Below are positions 12,771 through 26,494 of a stretch of 64,000 bases of DNA, in pieces (within the stretch, counting starts at the first letter, position 1; the number at the start of each line of letters is the position of its first letter). A program made the position numbers and the translations under genes. The notes under the pieces are model-generated. The model was not told the DNA's origin. It made no database searches and saw nothing but the letters and a program-made list of their open reading frames with translations. Origin of the DNA: Heptranchias perlo (Eukaryota); assembly GCF_035084215.1 (NCBI RefSeq), contig NC_090351.1, forward strand, positions 34,038,001 to 34,102,000, written 5' to 3'.

Positions 12771-13231
12771 GATTATCTTTTTTACATATGTTATCATTCA
12801 GAGCCCACCCCCCCACCACACATGTAATTATAGGAATATCAAAAATAATGTTTCAGTTTCACTGTTTCCAAAATTCTCTCAATTTAACCTGTAATATGCT
12901 CCCAGCCATCCAGTATCCTACATTAATAACACTTCCCCTCTCCATATACTTTGTACAACCCCCTTAGATAATCTGCTTTATAACTTGATTTTTTAAATAA
13001 ACATGTTGAACGCAATCTTAAATCAGTTTGGAAACTATTACTTCAATTTGAGAAACACTTTACTTTGGATTTGTACACTTTGATACTGTAGATGGTGAGT
13101 TAGAGAATTTGGTGTTTTATTATATGGGCCCACTAAGCCACAAAAACAACTCTCTCTCACTCCCATCGGAGCTGGAGATGCCCCACCGCAATAGAGTTTC
13201 TCAAGTTTTCTCTTGATCCATTCCCCCCACT

Positions 13232-13380
13232 CTTTCTCTTCTCTCTCTCTGTCTGTCTGTCCCAACAAGATGTGTGTCTCTCTCTCTGTCTCAACAAGAT
13301 GTCTCTGTCTATCTCAGCAAGATGTGTCTGTGTCTCTGTCTCAACAAGATGTGTCTGTGTCTCTGTTTCTCTGTCTCACT
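13232..13380. repeat. (CT/GT)n simple repeat with tctcaacaagatgtgtc minisatellite units
   Basis: Four caacaagatgt-type units read directly. Confidence 0.8.
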
Positions 13381-14564
13381 CTTCTCCTTTCAACAGTGAC
13401 GTAGGTGAGGAACTGCCATGGTAGCTGTATCTTACGGAATCTTTTTGCTGGCATTTGTTTGATAGAATGTGGTTGGGGATAAAATTGAAATGGGGAGAAA
13501 GATTTTTGCATAATATGATCGGCTGTACTTTACCAATCGGAAAAGTAAAAAACACAGCAACTAACACTGAGAAGAAAACTGACAATCTGACTGGACGGTC
13601 AGGAAATGGACAACAGTGATTGTAAAGATATGAAGAATTGTTAGAATATCATGGACCTAATTTTATTCTTTTATTTTGTAAATTATTGTTAATTTACAAA
13701 AACAAAACACAACATTTTAGTAGACATGCAAAACCTATTCAAGGTTACATCATGTATGTTTGATTAATAGTAGCATTGAAATAAAAGTATTTGTAGCCCA
13801 AAGGTTTTGTCTTTAAGTAAAATCTCTTATTTTGTCTGAAAAGAAAGGTGGTGTACAACCCACATTCCTTCACAATGAATTTCAGAATGACTCCGAGATC
13901 CTAAATTGAATCTTAGACAGCTATCTCCTCTTTGATACAATAACCAGTCATATCGGCTGTCCTGAGCACCCACTGACTAATCATGAAGCAGAAATCTAAT
14001 CCGTAGAAAGAAAAGCACACACCTGGATTGCAGATAAAGTTTCTCCCCCTCACTATGCATCATTTACCTTCTGCTCTCATAAGACAATGGCTGAAGCAGG
14101 AAGTACAGTAGCAGAAATATTTGGTGACTCTCTTCTTTTGAGGAAATAGTTGCAGCGTTTTGTCATTGTGACAGTTTTATATTTTAGTCATTCCTTTTAA
14201 TCTCCAGTTTGCAACAATTAAGGAGAACCCACATCCTGTGTACACCGATACAAAGTAAAACACCCATTCTGTGCCCAAGAATGAGTGGGGGACACATATT
14301 ACACGAGATCCAATATCCTGCAAATAAAAATACAAAGGGGACATGCAGCCTGTGTATAAAACCAAGAAGCATACATATCCTATGCACAGACACAGGGCCC
14401 AAAGAATAGCAGAGTATAAACGAAGCCATTTATTTTAGTGAATGGCCTCCACTTTGTCTGTGTTGCATTCCCTGAGCTTGTACCTTTAAAACAAAATTAA
14501 TTGCGTAGATTATTCTCTTCCATTATTAAGGAGGTTTTCAAACATAAAATTAAAGCTTGAATTA

Positions 14565-14885
14565 CAGAGTCTACAACACTGAAACAGGCCATTCGGCCCA
14601 ACTGGTCTATACAGGCGTTTATGTTCCACGGGAGCCTCCTTCCACCCCTCTTTAACTAATCCTATCAGCATATCCTTCTATTTCTTTCTCCCTTGTGCTT
14701 GTCTAGCTTCCCCTTAAATGCATCAATGCTGTTTGCCTGAACTACTCCTTGTAGTAGTGAGTGCCACATTCTTACCACTCTTTGGGTAAAGAAGTTTCTC
14801 CTGAATTCCCTATTGGATTTATTGGTGACTATCTTATATTTATGGCCCCTAGTTTTGATCTCCCCTACAATTGGAAACATCTCCA
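14565..14885 (-). mobile_element. CR1 LINE 3' fragment
   Basis: Encodes TRGHKYKI...RRNFFTQRVVRMW. Confidence 0.85.
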
Positions 14886-17790
14886 TGAATTACCACACAG
14901 GGAGTTTCTTAATCTCATCCAGGTTGATATGGGGAGCGTTATGCAGAGACTTTCCCACAGGGAAGAGTGGAAACATTCAAATGCTGAGACTACCCACCTT
15001 GCTTGCTCTGCCCTCTGGATCAAGTGATGATGTGTTGGAGGAGGTTTGAAATAAAAAGGGGGAAACTTTATTTCTTTTAAATGAAGAAAAAGCAAATTAA
15101 AATCATCTTGCAAGTTCACTTATTCACTCTAGCTGTAGAGTCCATTTGGACTGTCATAAAAGTTACATATTTATGAGTACATTAACGTGAAACAAACTCT
15201 GCTTCTAATCTTTTTTTTTAAAAGGTGTGGCACAGTACGTAGACACACCAGTTCTCTGTGCTGCAGCAGTTTCAGGACACAAATTTGATTCCCTAGGCTT
15301 TGAGTTTCTGTCAACCCCACTAAACAGAGGCCAGGCACCTCTCTACAGAATGGAGAGAAAATCAGAGGGCCATTTTTTTTATGCCTTCTGGGTTTGGATC
15401 CTTATTGCCAAAGACAAGGAAACAGGTCACCCTCTTGGGCATAGGTGGTGTACTGCCAGAGAAAGTTTCTACCTCAACAGACTGACCATGCACCCTGGGC
15501 AACCAACTATCTACTGCACTAACGGTTTCCTTAATCAGTATAAAAATATATAAACAGTTATAAATGCATGTTTGAGTGACAGTGCCAAATTGATGATCGT
15601 TTTATCTTGTGGGCCCATGTCCACAAAAAACTGGATTGAGACTTCACAAACTCATTTCAGAGGTGACCATTGTTTCATCAGTCTGGACCGGATTTGAACT
15701 CAGGTCCCAGAGGTGAAAGGTAAGTATTTAAGTCACTGCACTACCCAGTTCCACGCTGTACTCGGTCAAACATATCAACTCTCAGTGGTGCAGAAATTAA
15801 TTTCACCACCCTGTTTCATTCTGATACTCTAATTTGCTGGGCAGCCTTGTGATAAGTCTTCTGATTTTATGTTGCTAGGTAGGCTGCCTTTTGTGCAATA
15901 TTATCCTACCTCAGCGAAGATATAAACTGATACAGCAACAAGAGCGCTTAAGAGATTGAGCATTTTTGAAAAGAGACTGCAGTCTACCTTGTTGCCTCAT
16001 GTCTAATGCCTTATGGCAAAATATATGAATACATCCCAGTTTCATCAATATGACTAAAACAAATCTTTGTATTTCACATTTCTTATTGGCTATCTTCTTT
16101 CAGGCACATTCATTTGGACAAAGAACTGACTCTACAATGAACTTTTACAGGAACTTTGGTATTGAACTCTTGCAACCTTACAAATGTTAATGATCTTAAT
16201 TATGTGATACTGGCAAACCTAGACATAAAACCAGAAACACAAGCAAATCTAAATGTGGACTTGGATAACTGCTAATTTTAGCAAGGACAACTTGTCTTTT
16301 GCCATTGCTGAGGTAAAAGAGAAGATAGTGGCTCCATTCTGGCTCAGGTTTTGATGGTCGTTCCAGTTATTCACATCAATCCAAGGCTAGTTTCCTTTTT
16401 AATGACTATTTTGTTTTCCCTTCTCCAATTTTCTCCTTTCCTCTCCATAACTGTCCTGAAGGTCTGGAGGTCCTCACTGCCCTCCAGTGCCTCAATCAAG
16501 TGGCTATTTGTCCTGTGTGCGATAGTGAGTGTCAGCAGGTTACTTGACTGTAGAGGACGTCACAGCCAAGCCCTGCCTGGTCCTCACCCAAAGCACACGC
16601 ACACGCACACCAACAATGCTGGCAAGTTACCCATCCCTACCCTAGGGATGCTGCAGCCAATTGCTCAGCCCAGATTAGGTATTGAACTGGCCTGTACGGC
16701 TCAAAGGTCGTGACTTTACCTTTAAGCTAACACCTTGCACCCCGAGCAGTTTATCCCAGGACTCGGTATCCATCAATCTCGAACAGGTTCTCATTCCACT
16801 GGCACACCTGCACGAGTACAAGTTAACATTTTCCTATTGCTTCCTCTCAATAGTTTGGCATCAAAAAACAACGCCCCTTCCAACGACCATAGGCTATTGT
16901 GGGCGATAAATCTTTCCGGGCACACAACCTCTTTCTCCCCACTGTAAACGAGCGAGGTCCCAACCAGGAGTGTTATTCACATCAGTAGCTTTTACCCACA
17001 GAATGCTAACTAGGCTGACTAGAATAATCCGCACCAACCCACTTCCGTCAGATCAAGAGGACTGAGCCAAGAATCCGTTCTAATGACATTAGCAATGTTA
17101 GTTTCTTGTTACAAAAGAGAACCTCCTATTTGGGAAGTTTATGCAAATTGCAATTGTTGGCTTTCCCATTATTTTGTTCTGTTGGTGCCTTGCTCTGCGC
17201 CGCACTGCTGCTACTCCTGGGCATTCCTGCTTACCTCTTGCAAATTCTGGCTGTTACTAGCTGCGTCAAGTTTTAATTGTCATCTGTACATAGTGGAATA
17301 GATTTTTATCTTTATGCCTGAACTTAAGCATCATCTGGGCAGATCACAGAAAGGAAAATCAGATGGGGAGGATTTCTGTTCCCCATTCAGATATTTTATG
17401 CCAAGATATGAAAAATGAAAATCTACCCCAGCGATTCCTAACTGTCTATCTTTGCTCCTGATAACCACACAGCAATAGCCAGAGGCGATCATTCCACCAG
17501 GTTGCTTGCACTGCTTATATGCAGATATATCTACCTATACTTGGTCATTCATGGATATTCATAGTTAGTATTTAGCTGTCTCTAAACATTGTTGGCTGTT
17601 GCTGTCCTGGTCGTTCCTGATCATACTTGCTTGTTCTTGACATTAAGAACATAAGAACATAAGAAATAGGAGCAGGAGTAGGCTATTTGGCCCCTCGAGC
17701 CTGCCCCGCCATTCAATAAGATCATGGCTGATCTGATCCTAACCTCAAATCTAAATTCATGTCCAATTTCCTGCCCGCTCCCCGTAACCC

Positions 17791-20580
17791 CTAATTCCCT
17801 TTACTTCTAGGAAACTGCCTTTCTGTTTTAAATTTATTTAATGATGTAGCTTCCACAGCTTCCTGGGGCAGCAAATTCCACAGACCTACTACCCTCTGAG
17901 TGAAGAAGTTTCTCCTCATCTCAGTTTTGAAAGAGCAGCCCCTTATTCTAAGATTATGCCCCCTAGTTCTAGTTTCACCCATCCTTGGGAACATCCTTAC
18001 CGCATCCACCCGATCAAGCCCCTTCACAATCTTATATGTTTCAATAAGATCGCCTCTCATTCTTCTGAACTCCAATGAGTAGAGTCCCAATCTACTCAAC
18101 CTCTCCTCATATGTCCGCCCCCTCATCCCCGGGATTAACCGAGTGAACCTTCTTTGTACTGCCTCGAGAGCAAGTATGTCTTTTCTTAAGTATGGTCACC
18201 AAAACTGTATGCAGTATTCCAGGTGCGGTCTCACCAATACCTTATATAACTGCAGCAATACCTCCCTGTTTTTATATTCTATCCCCCGAGCAATAAAAGC
18301 CAACATTCCGTTGGCCTTCTTGATCACCTGCTGTACCTGCATACTAACTTTTTGATTTTCTTGCACTAGGACCCCCAGATCCCTTTGTACTGCAGTACTT
18401 TCCAGTTTCTCGCCATTAAGATAATAACTTGCTCTCTGATTTTTCCTGCCAAAGTGCATAACCTCACATTTTCCAATATTGTATTGCATCTGCCAAATCT
18501 CCGCCCACTCACCCAGCCTGTCTATATCCCCCTGTAGGTTTTTTATTTCCTCCTCACTCTCTACTTTCCCTCCCATCTTTGTATCATCTGCAAACTTTGA
18601 TATGTTACACTCGGTCCCCTCCTCCAAATCGTTAATATAGATTGTAAAGAGTTGGGGACCCAGCACCGACCCCTGCGGAACACCACTGGCTACTGGTTGC
18701 CAGTCCAAGAATGAACCATTTATCCCAACTCTCTGCTTTCTGTTAGCTAACCAAACCTCCACCCATGCCAGAATATTGCCCCCAATCCAGTGATTCTTTA
18801 TCTTGAGCAATAATCTTTTATGTGGCACCTTGTCGAATGCCTTCTGGAAGTCCAAATACACTACGTCCACTGGTTCCCCTTTATCCACCCTGTACGTTAC
18901 GTCCTCAAAGAACTCAAGCAAATTTGTCAGACATGACTTCCCCTTCATAAAGCCATGCTGACTTTGTTCTATTAAATTATGTTTATCCAAATGTTCCGCC
19001 ACTGTCTCCTTAATAATAGACTCCAAAATTTTACCCACCACAGATGTTAGGCTAACTGGTCTATAATTTCCAGCCTTCTGCCTACTACCCTTTTTAAATA
19101 AGGGTGTTACATTAGCAGTTTTCCAATCTGCCGGGACCTTTGGCGAGTCCAGAGAATTTTGGAAAATTATTACCAAAGCATCCACAATCCCGACTGCCAC
19201 TTCCCTCAAGACCCTAGGATGTAAGCCATCGGGTCCAGGGGATTTATCCGCCTTGAGTCCCATTAATTTACTGAGTACCAATTCCTTAGTGATTTTAATC
19301 GTATTTAGCTCCTCCCCCCCTAGAGCCCCCTGTTTGTCCACTGTTGGGTTATTCTTAGTGTCCTCTACCGTAAAGACTGAAACAAAATATTTGTTCAGCA
19401 TTTTTGCCATCTCCATGTTTCCCACCATTAATTTCCCGGTCTCATCCTCTAAGGGACCTACGTTTGCCTTAGCTACCCCTTTTCTTTTTATATAACTATA
19501 GAAACTCTTGCTATCTGTTTTTATATTTTATGCTAATTTATTTTCATAATCTATCTTCCCTTTCTTAATCAATCCTTTAATTACTTTTTGCTGTCTTTTG
19601 AAGACTTCCCAATCTTCTATCCTCCCACTAAGTTTGGCTACCTTATATGTCCTTGTTTTTAGTCGGATACTATCCTTAATTTCTTTACTTAGCCACGGAT
19701 GGCTGTCATTTCTTTTACACCCTTTTCTCCTCAGTGGAATATATATTTTTTGAAAGTTGTAAAATAACTCCTTAAATGAACACCAATGCTCATGTACCGT
19801 CTTACCCTTTAATCTATTTTCCCAGTCCACTTTAATCAATTCCGCTCTCATACCATCATAGTCTCCTTTATTCAAGCTCAGTACGCTTGTTTGAGAGCCA
19901 ACCTTCTCACCCTCTAATTGGATATGGAATGTAGCCATGTTATGGTCACTCATTCCAAGGGGATCCTTAACTAGGACGTTATTAATTAATCCTGGCTCAT
20001 TACACAGGACCAGGTCCAAGGTTGCTTGCCCCCTTGTAGGATCAGTTACATACTGCTCAAGAAATCCATCCCTAATACACTCAATAAACTCTTCCTCAAG
20101 GCTGCCCTGCCCAATGTGATTTGTCCAGTTAATATAATAGTTAAAATCCCCCATAATTATAGCTGTTCCCTTATTACATGCCCCGACTATTTCCTGATTA
20201 ATACTTCTTCCAGCAGAGTTGCAACTATTAGGAGGCCTATATACTACGCCCACTAGTGTTTTTTTCCCCTTATTATTCCTTATCTCTACCCAAACTGTTT
20301 CATTATCCTGATCCTTTGACCCAATATAATTTCTCAGTATTCGTGATTATTAACATAACCACCCCACCTCCCCTTCCTTCCTTCCTGCCTGTCCTTCCTG
20401 ATTGTTAAATATCCTGGCATATTTAATTCCCAGTCGTTGTCACCCTGCAGCTATGTTTCTGTAATGGCCACAAGATCATACCCATACGTAGTTATTTGTG
20501 CCATTAACTCGTCCATTTTGTTACGAATGCTACGTGCATTCAGATAAAGAACTTTCAAATATGTTTTGTGACACTTAGTT
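17791..20580 (-). pseudogene. CR1 ORF2 (APE endonuclease plus reverse transcriptase), disrupted
   Basis: Motifs YLNARSI...AITET, GDFN, SDHN, YLDFQKAFDKVPH, GVPQGSVLGP and FADD, split across several ORFs by stops and frameshifts. Confidence 0.92.
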
Positions 20581-20912
20581 CCTGCTTTTTCCTTTTTTAA
20601 CACTTTACCTTTTACTCCATACCTTCTGTCCCTTCCTGACACGCTTTCCTCTGTCTCCCTGCTCAGGTTCCCAACCCCCTGCCACAGCTTTGATGCTGGG
20701 TTAATCGCCTTACGCCTTCTAGTTTTTATTTTATCTGTCGTGCCTAAAGTACACTTTCTTTCCGCTGCTCTACGCTTTTCCCTTTCACTTGTTCTTGAAC
20801 AACTGTTTGTACTATTTGTATTGTAGATTTCCCCTGGGTCTTCCCCTCTCCTTGCTGCTCTCAACTTTATTCCCTTCTGACTCCCCGCTCTGGTTCCCAT
20901 CCCCCTGCCACT

Positions 20913-21898
20913 CTAGTTTAAACCTTCCCCAACAGCACTAGCAAACACCCCCGCAAGGACATTGGTCCCGGTCCTGCTCAGGTGTAACCCGTCCCGCTTG
21001 TACAGGTCCCACCTTCCCCAGAACCGGTCCCAATGTCCCAGGAATCTAAATCCCTCCCTCCTACACCATCCCTGCAGCCACGCATTCATCCTGTCTATTC
21101 TCCTGTTCCTATACTCACTAGCACGTGGCACCGGTAGTAATCCTGAGATCACTACCTTTGAAGTCCTGCTTTTTAATTTATCTCCTAACTCCTTAAATTC
21201 ACCTTGCAGGACCTCATCCCTTTTTTTACCTATGTCGTTGGTACCAATATGGACCATGACTACTGGCTGTTCACCTTCCCCCTCCAGAATGCCCTGCAGC
21301 CGCTCCGTTACATCCTTGACCCTAGCACCAGGGAGGCAACATACCATCCTGGAGTCACGTTTGCGGCCGCAGAAACGCCTATCTGTTCCGCTTACAATTG
21401 AATCCCCTATCACTATAGCCCTGCCACTCTTTTTTTCCTCCCCTCCTGTGCAGCAGAGCCACCCGTGGTGCCCCGAACCTGGCTCTTGCTGCTTTCCCCT
21501 GATAAGCCATCTCCCCCAACAGTATCCAAAGCGGTATATCTGTTTGAGAGGGAAATGGCCCCAGGGGACTCCTACTCTACCTGCCTAGTCCTTTTACTCT
21601 GCCTGGCGGTCACCCATTTCCTTTCTGCCTGCGTAGTCTTTACCTGCGGTGTGACCACCTCACTGAACGTGCTATCCACGATAGTCTCAGCATCGCGGAT
21701 GCTCCACAGTGAATCCACCCGCAGCTCCAGCTCCGAAAGACGGTTAGCCAGTAGCTGCAGCTGGACACACTTCCTGCACACATGGTCACCAGGGACACTG
21801 GTAGTGTCCATGACTTCCCACATAGTGCAGGAGGAGCATATCACTGGTGCGAGCTGTGTTGCCATGACTTGCCTTAGACTCTCAGACTCTCCTCCCAC
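20913..21898 (-). pseudogene. CR1 ORF1 (zinc finger plus SGNH/GDSL esterase), disrupted
   Basis: Motifs CSSCTMWE...CRKC and IGDSIV...HIGTND...DGLHL. There is a premature TAG (RQVE*) and a frame change between the two ORF pieces. Confidence 0.9.
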
Positions 21899-22559
21899 TC
21901 TCGGTCTCTCCTTTTATACTGTGCTCACCTCTCTGACTCTCCTGCTTCACCTGTGACGTCGCACAGTAGTTGTCTCTTGTTGCAGGTCTGCTGCTGCTTT
22001 TATTCCCCAATCTCAGTCTTCTATTCTCAGGTCCACTGCCGCTCTTGGGAAAAAGTTAGGAAAAGCAAGGCAAAGCAGCACCTCCTTCCCCCAACTCCCA
22101 CACTTAGCAAACTCTCAGTTCACATTCCTGGCTGTTTCTGACCATTCCTGCCTTGGATTGTTCTAGTTAACTTCAACCTGTTATAACTCACTTGCAAGAC
22201 CATATTTGGCACTGGAAACATGAAATATTTGCACACAACATATGGATGTCAATTAGTTGTGGATTTCCAATTACATTCTCCTCCCCCAATGCAGCCCAAT
22301 TTCATCCCTCCACCAGACTAGACCAATCACCCCACCCCTGTCAAGTAACCCAATCATTTGCTCTTTCTCAACAGAGACCAATTAAAGTCTCCTTCCTCAG
22401 TGAAATCCAATCACACCATCCCTCTCCAACTCAGTCCAATAATACTCTTCACCCTGGATACAACCCAGTCACACTCATCCCTCAGTACAGCCCATTCATA
22501 ACTCAGAGACCATTGCCACAATTTAACCAAAGAACTATTGCAAGTTTACTTCACAGAAG

Positions 22560-22970
22560 GAGGACCTCAACCCAGCAGGGGTTGGTTTGGTGGCGTCCGA
22601 GTGACCCACTCTGGAGAGGCGGGTCCGTGGTTATATTTGGCAGCCATTTAAATTTAATGCTGGCCGGCCGGGTTTTCCGGGGCTCGGGAAACCCAGCAGG
22701 TAAAGAGACGTGGGAACAGCCAGATCCAGCAGGTAAGTGCTTTTTATAGCACTGCTTGTGAGCCAGGAGAAGCAGGAGTGCTTCCTGGGACCCCTCAAGC
22801 AAATCTCCTNNNNNNNNNNNNNNNNNNNNNNNNNNNNNNNNNNNNNNNNNNNNNNNNNNNNNNNNNNNNNNNNNNNNNNNNNNNNNNNNNNNNNNNNNNN
22901 NNNNNNNNNNNNNNNNNNNNNNNNNNNNNNNNNNNNNNNNNNNNNNNNNTCCGGGGTCCCCTCTCCCTCC
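22560..22970. mobile_element. Harbinger-MITE-like repeat interrupted by an assembly gap
   Basis: ccagatcca..aggt.agtgcttttatagca..gct.gtg.gcc.ggag.agcaggagtgcttc is shared with 60022-60086. Confidence 0.55.
22810..22949. other. Assembly gap (140 N)
   Basis: Run of n characters. Confidence 1.
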
Positions 22971-22974
22971 TGAT

Positions 22975-24900
22975 TGACTGTACTTGAAAGTGAGAGTCCA
23001 GGTAAATAAAGTCAAGGAATTATATATTTGAAACCCAAGGTCTTTGTGTTCCTCCAAACCCTTCAGCATCATTCCATTGAGTTTAAACTTCTATTCCTTG
23101 TTTTCTTTCGCCTAAATGCATTACTTCACACTTCTCTGCTTTAAATTGCACCTTTCGTCTGTCTTCCCTTTATATTCTCTTGAAGTCTTTTACAACCTTC
23201 CCCACTGTTTATCAAACCCTCTACTTTTGTGTCATCAGCAATTTTTGATATCATGCTTTCCATGCCCAAATCAAGAGAACAAGGTAACGAGAACAAAAGT
23301 GAACCCAACACAGACTCCTGACCACCACTTCCAACCATTCTACAATCTGAGCAACACCTATTTACCCTAAATCTGTTTCCTGTTCATCAACCAACTTTCT
23401 ATGCATACTGCAACACTCCCTCATACCATACAACTGCATTTTTTGTAACAAGCCTTATTGAATGTCTTTTGAAAATTCATGCACAGTACATCTAATTTTC
23501 TCTATCTATACAGTCAGTGGCTTCTTCAAAAATCTTCATTAAATTTGTTAAGCATGATTTTCTTTTTATAAGTTCATGCTGGCTGTCCTTGATTATCCCA
23601 TGCTCATCAATTTGATGTAGAATTATGGATTCTAAGAACTTGCTTACAATTGACGGTAAATTAACTAGTCTATGCTTGTTGTTAGCTTCTCTCCCAATTT
23701 GAAGAGGGGTGTTACAATGGCTGCCTTCCAATCCCACAATATGCACATCTAAGGAGGGCTGAAAGATTGTGGTCAGGGACTTTGGTATCTCCTCTTTCAC
23801 ATCCTTCAATAGCCTTGGGTGCAGCCATCAGGGCCCACTGACTAATCCACCTCCAGCTCTGCTAATTTTTTCTTTTCTATCAATTTTTTTTTACAGCTTC
23901 CTCTAGTGCACCTACATTCTCACTGCCACCGCCATTTGTTTAAAAAAAATCGCAAAATATTTACTTAACATATCTGTAATAGTTTCACCTCCACAACTAA
24001 ATTCCCCTCTTCATCCCTGAACTGTCCTACTCTCTCTAACTATTCTTTTCATTTTAATATGCTTATAAAAGTCCCTACTATTTCCTTTTTATATTATCTG
24101 CCAGTCTTTTTTTTTCTTCTCTTTCAGCCCTTTTAATCTCCCTGATCACCTCTAACTACACTTGCTATATTCTTTAGTTTCATTACCATATGTCTCCCAT
24201 TTAAATTTTAGTTTGGTATTAATTTTCCTATTGATCCATAGAACCTAATCCTTCCATGCACTTCCTTATTGAGATATATATATATATATTTGGAAACTTA
24301 GCCATGTCATATTTGAAGATTCCCCACTGCTGATCCATCATTCTGTTTGCTAACTTTTCTGCCTAATTAATTTGGGCCAGATTCCTTGGGGGCAATTTTT
24401 AAAATTGGCCCGCCCGTTCGGGAAACTGACGGGATCTCGTGCAAAGCTGGTTTTACACCGCACCTAATTTTACTCTCCATTAAAGTCAATATAGAGCAAT
24501 ATTGGGCGGGGTGTAAAACTGGCATTCCACCCGATTCGGTGGGTTTCCCGCCTGGCGAGTTAGGTTAAAATGACCCTCCTTATCTCACTGAACTTTGCCT
24601 TATCTTTGACTCTTCGTTATCCTTTTTCTATTTTCACATTGTACCTAACAATGTTGTGGTTGCTATTTCCCAATCATTCTCCTACTGTCACATTAGCTAT
24701 TTGTCCCACTTCATCGATTGAACTCAATCAAGCAAGATTTCTTTTTTGTTGTACTAGAAACATACTGATCTAGGAAGCAGTCTTGAGTGCGTTCAAAACA
24801 GCTTTTCCACTTTGACCCCATACACGCTCCACATCCTAGTCCACCTTGGGATAGTTTAAAATTTACCTTTTTATCCCAATCTCCCTCTTGGCACACACAC
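22975..24900 (-). mobile_element. Old degraded CR1 ORF2 fragment
   Basis: Remnant motifs ISKIADDTK, KSCLTNL and QDCFLDQYV, with many stops. Confidence 0.8.
24388..24578. mobile_element. 191-bp palindromic MITE nested in old CR1
   Basis: TIRs gggggcaatttt / aaaatgaccctc, 3-bp TSD ctt (24385-24387, 24579-24581), and internal inverted repeat gttttacacc...ggtgtaaaac. Confidence 0.75.
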
Positions 24901-25714
24901 CTATCCCCAATCCATTACAATTTCCACACCTCCTCTCCCTTCCAAAGCACCACAATCAAAGGTTTTTTTTAAGCATTTCCATAAACATTTCTTATTTTTT
25001 CCTTTTCTCTTAGTCAGTTGTTACAGATGTGTGCGCACGTCTGTGGTGGGGCTGTGCTTAGTTGACCAGGGAATTAAATTAAAACGGGTTGGGTTTAAAA
25101 GAATAATCAATTGGGCGTGGTGAGAACACTGCTGCCTTTGATTCTCCGCAAGAAACCAGAGCGTTCTTTGATCCTGGGTTTTTAATAATTAACAGACTGT
25201 CAAAGCTTAACCAACGCTGTCAGCAGCACAGCCATTGTATCACATCGCTGGCTGTTGTGTGCAGCCCCACAACACAATGCAGTCATCTGATCACTAAATC
25301 CTACTGCACTTCAGTGTTTGATGTTTATGGGTCATTGTAAAGTTTCTTTATGTCTGTTTATATTTTAGTTTGGTATTAATGCTCCTGTTAAACGCTAATA
25401 GCCAATAGTGACAATGGAACTCTCTTTAAAAATTCTCATTTGCAGAGGCTGTTGTAACATTTTGAAAATGGGTTTAATATTTGTGATGATGCTTTGTGTC
25501 CTTTGCTGTACATAGAAACACAGCAAGATATCCTAAAGCAGCCCATAACAGAGAATCAAAATGAAGTTCAGATTGTATAATCAATCTGATTTCTAATTAG
25601 TGCAAACCTCTTGGAAGTGGAACTGAGCCAATAAAGTTGCTGTTCCCTTCCACAGCAAAGGGGGACAAAAAGTCCCAATTTTTCAAACTTTCCATCTGCA
25701 TAAAGCAAGAGTTA

Positions 25715-26130
25715 GGAACACAGGAACAGGAGTAGGCCATTCAGCCCCTCGAGCCTATTCTGCCATTCAATGAGATCATGGCTGATCTGTATCCTAACTC
25801 CATCCACCCGCCTTGGCTCCATAATCCCTTAACGCCCTTGGCTAGCAAAAATCTATTGATCTCCAATTTAAAATTATTAATTAAGCTAGCATTTATTGCT
25901 TTTAGTGGGAGGGAGTTCCACACTTCCACCACCCTTTGCGTGAAGAAGTATTTCTTACCTTCTCTCCTGAATGGCCTGGCTCTGATTTTAAGGTTCTGTC
26001 CCCTTGCCCCAGTCTCCCCCACCAGCGGAAAAGCTTTCTCTCGATCAACCCTATTAATTCCTTTCAAAATCCTAAAAACCTTAATCAAATCACCCTTAAT
26101 CTTATATATTCCAGGGAATACAAGCCTAGC
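25715..26130 (-). mobile_element. CR1 LINE 3' fragment
   Basis: Encodes GDLIKVFRILKG...FFTQRVVEVWNSLP. Confidence 0.85.
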
Positions 26131-26161
26131 TCTGCTATTTTTAAAAAAAGAAGCAAGAAAA

Positions 26162-26410
26162 AGGCCAGGGCCAGAGTGATCTGGACTAGTTTCAATCGCC
26201 AAAGTGGGGGGGATCGAAGAGGAATTTCCCAGATTCTTTTTTCCCCAAATTGGCCTGGGTTTTTATCTGGTTTGTCGTCTCTCCCAAGAGATCACACGGT
26301 TTTGGGTGGGGTGAGGAGTGTATAATATTGTGATGCACAAGATATTACAATTGTGTGGGACAGGCTGGATGGACCACAGGGTCTTTTTCTGTCCATCACA
26401 TGTTCATATG
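26162..26410 (+). mobile_element. CR1-type 3' UTR repeat (same family as 48858-49095)
   Basis: Reverse-complement match to 48858-49095, ending in a CR1-like hairpin tail. Confidence 0.65.
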
Positions 26411-26494
26411 ACCCCATAAATAAGCATGACTTGGCTTTGGGCTCCGGATGTTTCAACTATGGACTGGCTAACTACAGCCATTGCTTTCCTCATT

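Larger units (their letters stand above)
17645..22121 (-). mobile_element. Full-length (~4.5 kb) CR1 LINE, mutated
   Basis: ORF1 has a CxxC...CxxC finger and an SGNH esterase; ORF2 has APE and RT domains. 3' tail is (TTCTTATG)n. Candidate TSD acatt at 17640-17644 and 22122-22126. Confidence 0.95.

Noticed and set aside
22551-23072. ORFs spanning the N run
   Set aside because: Artefacts of translating through an assembly gap.
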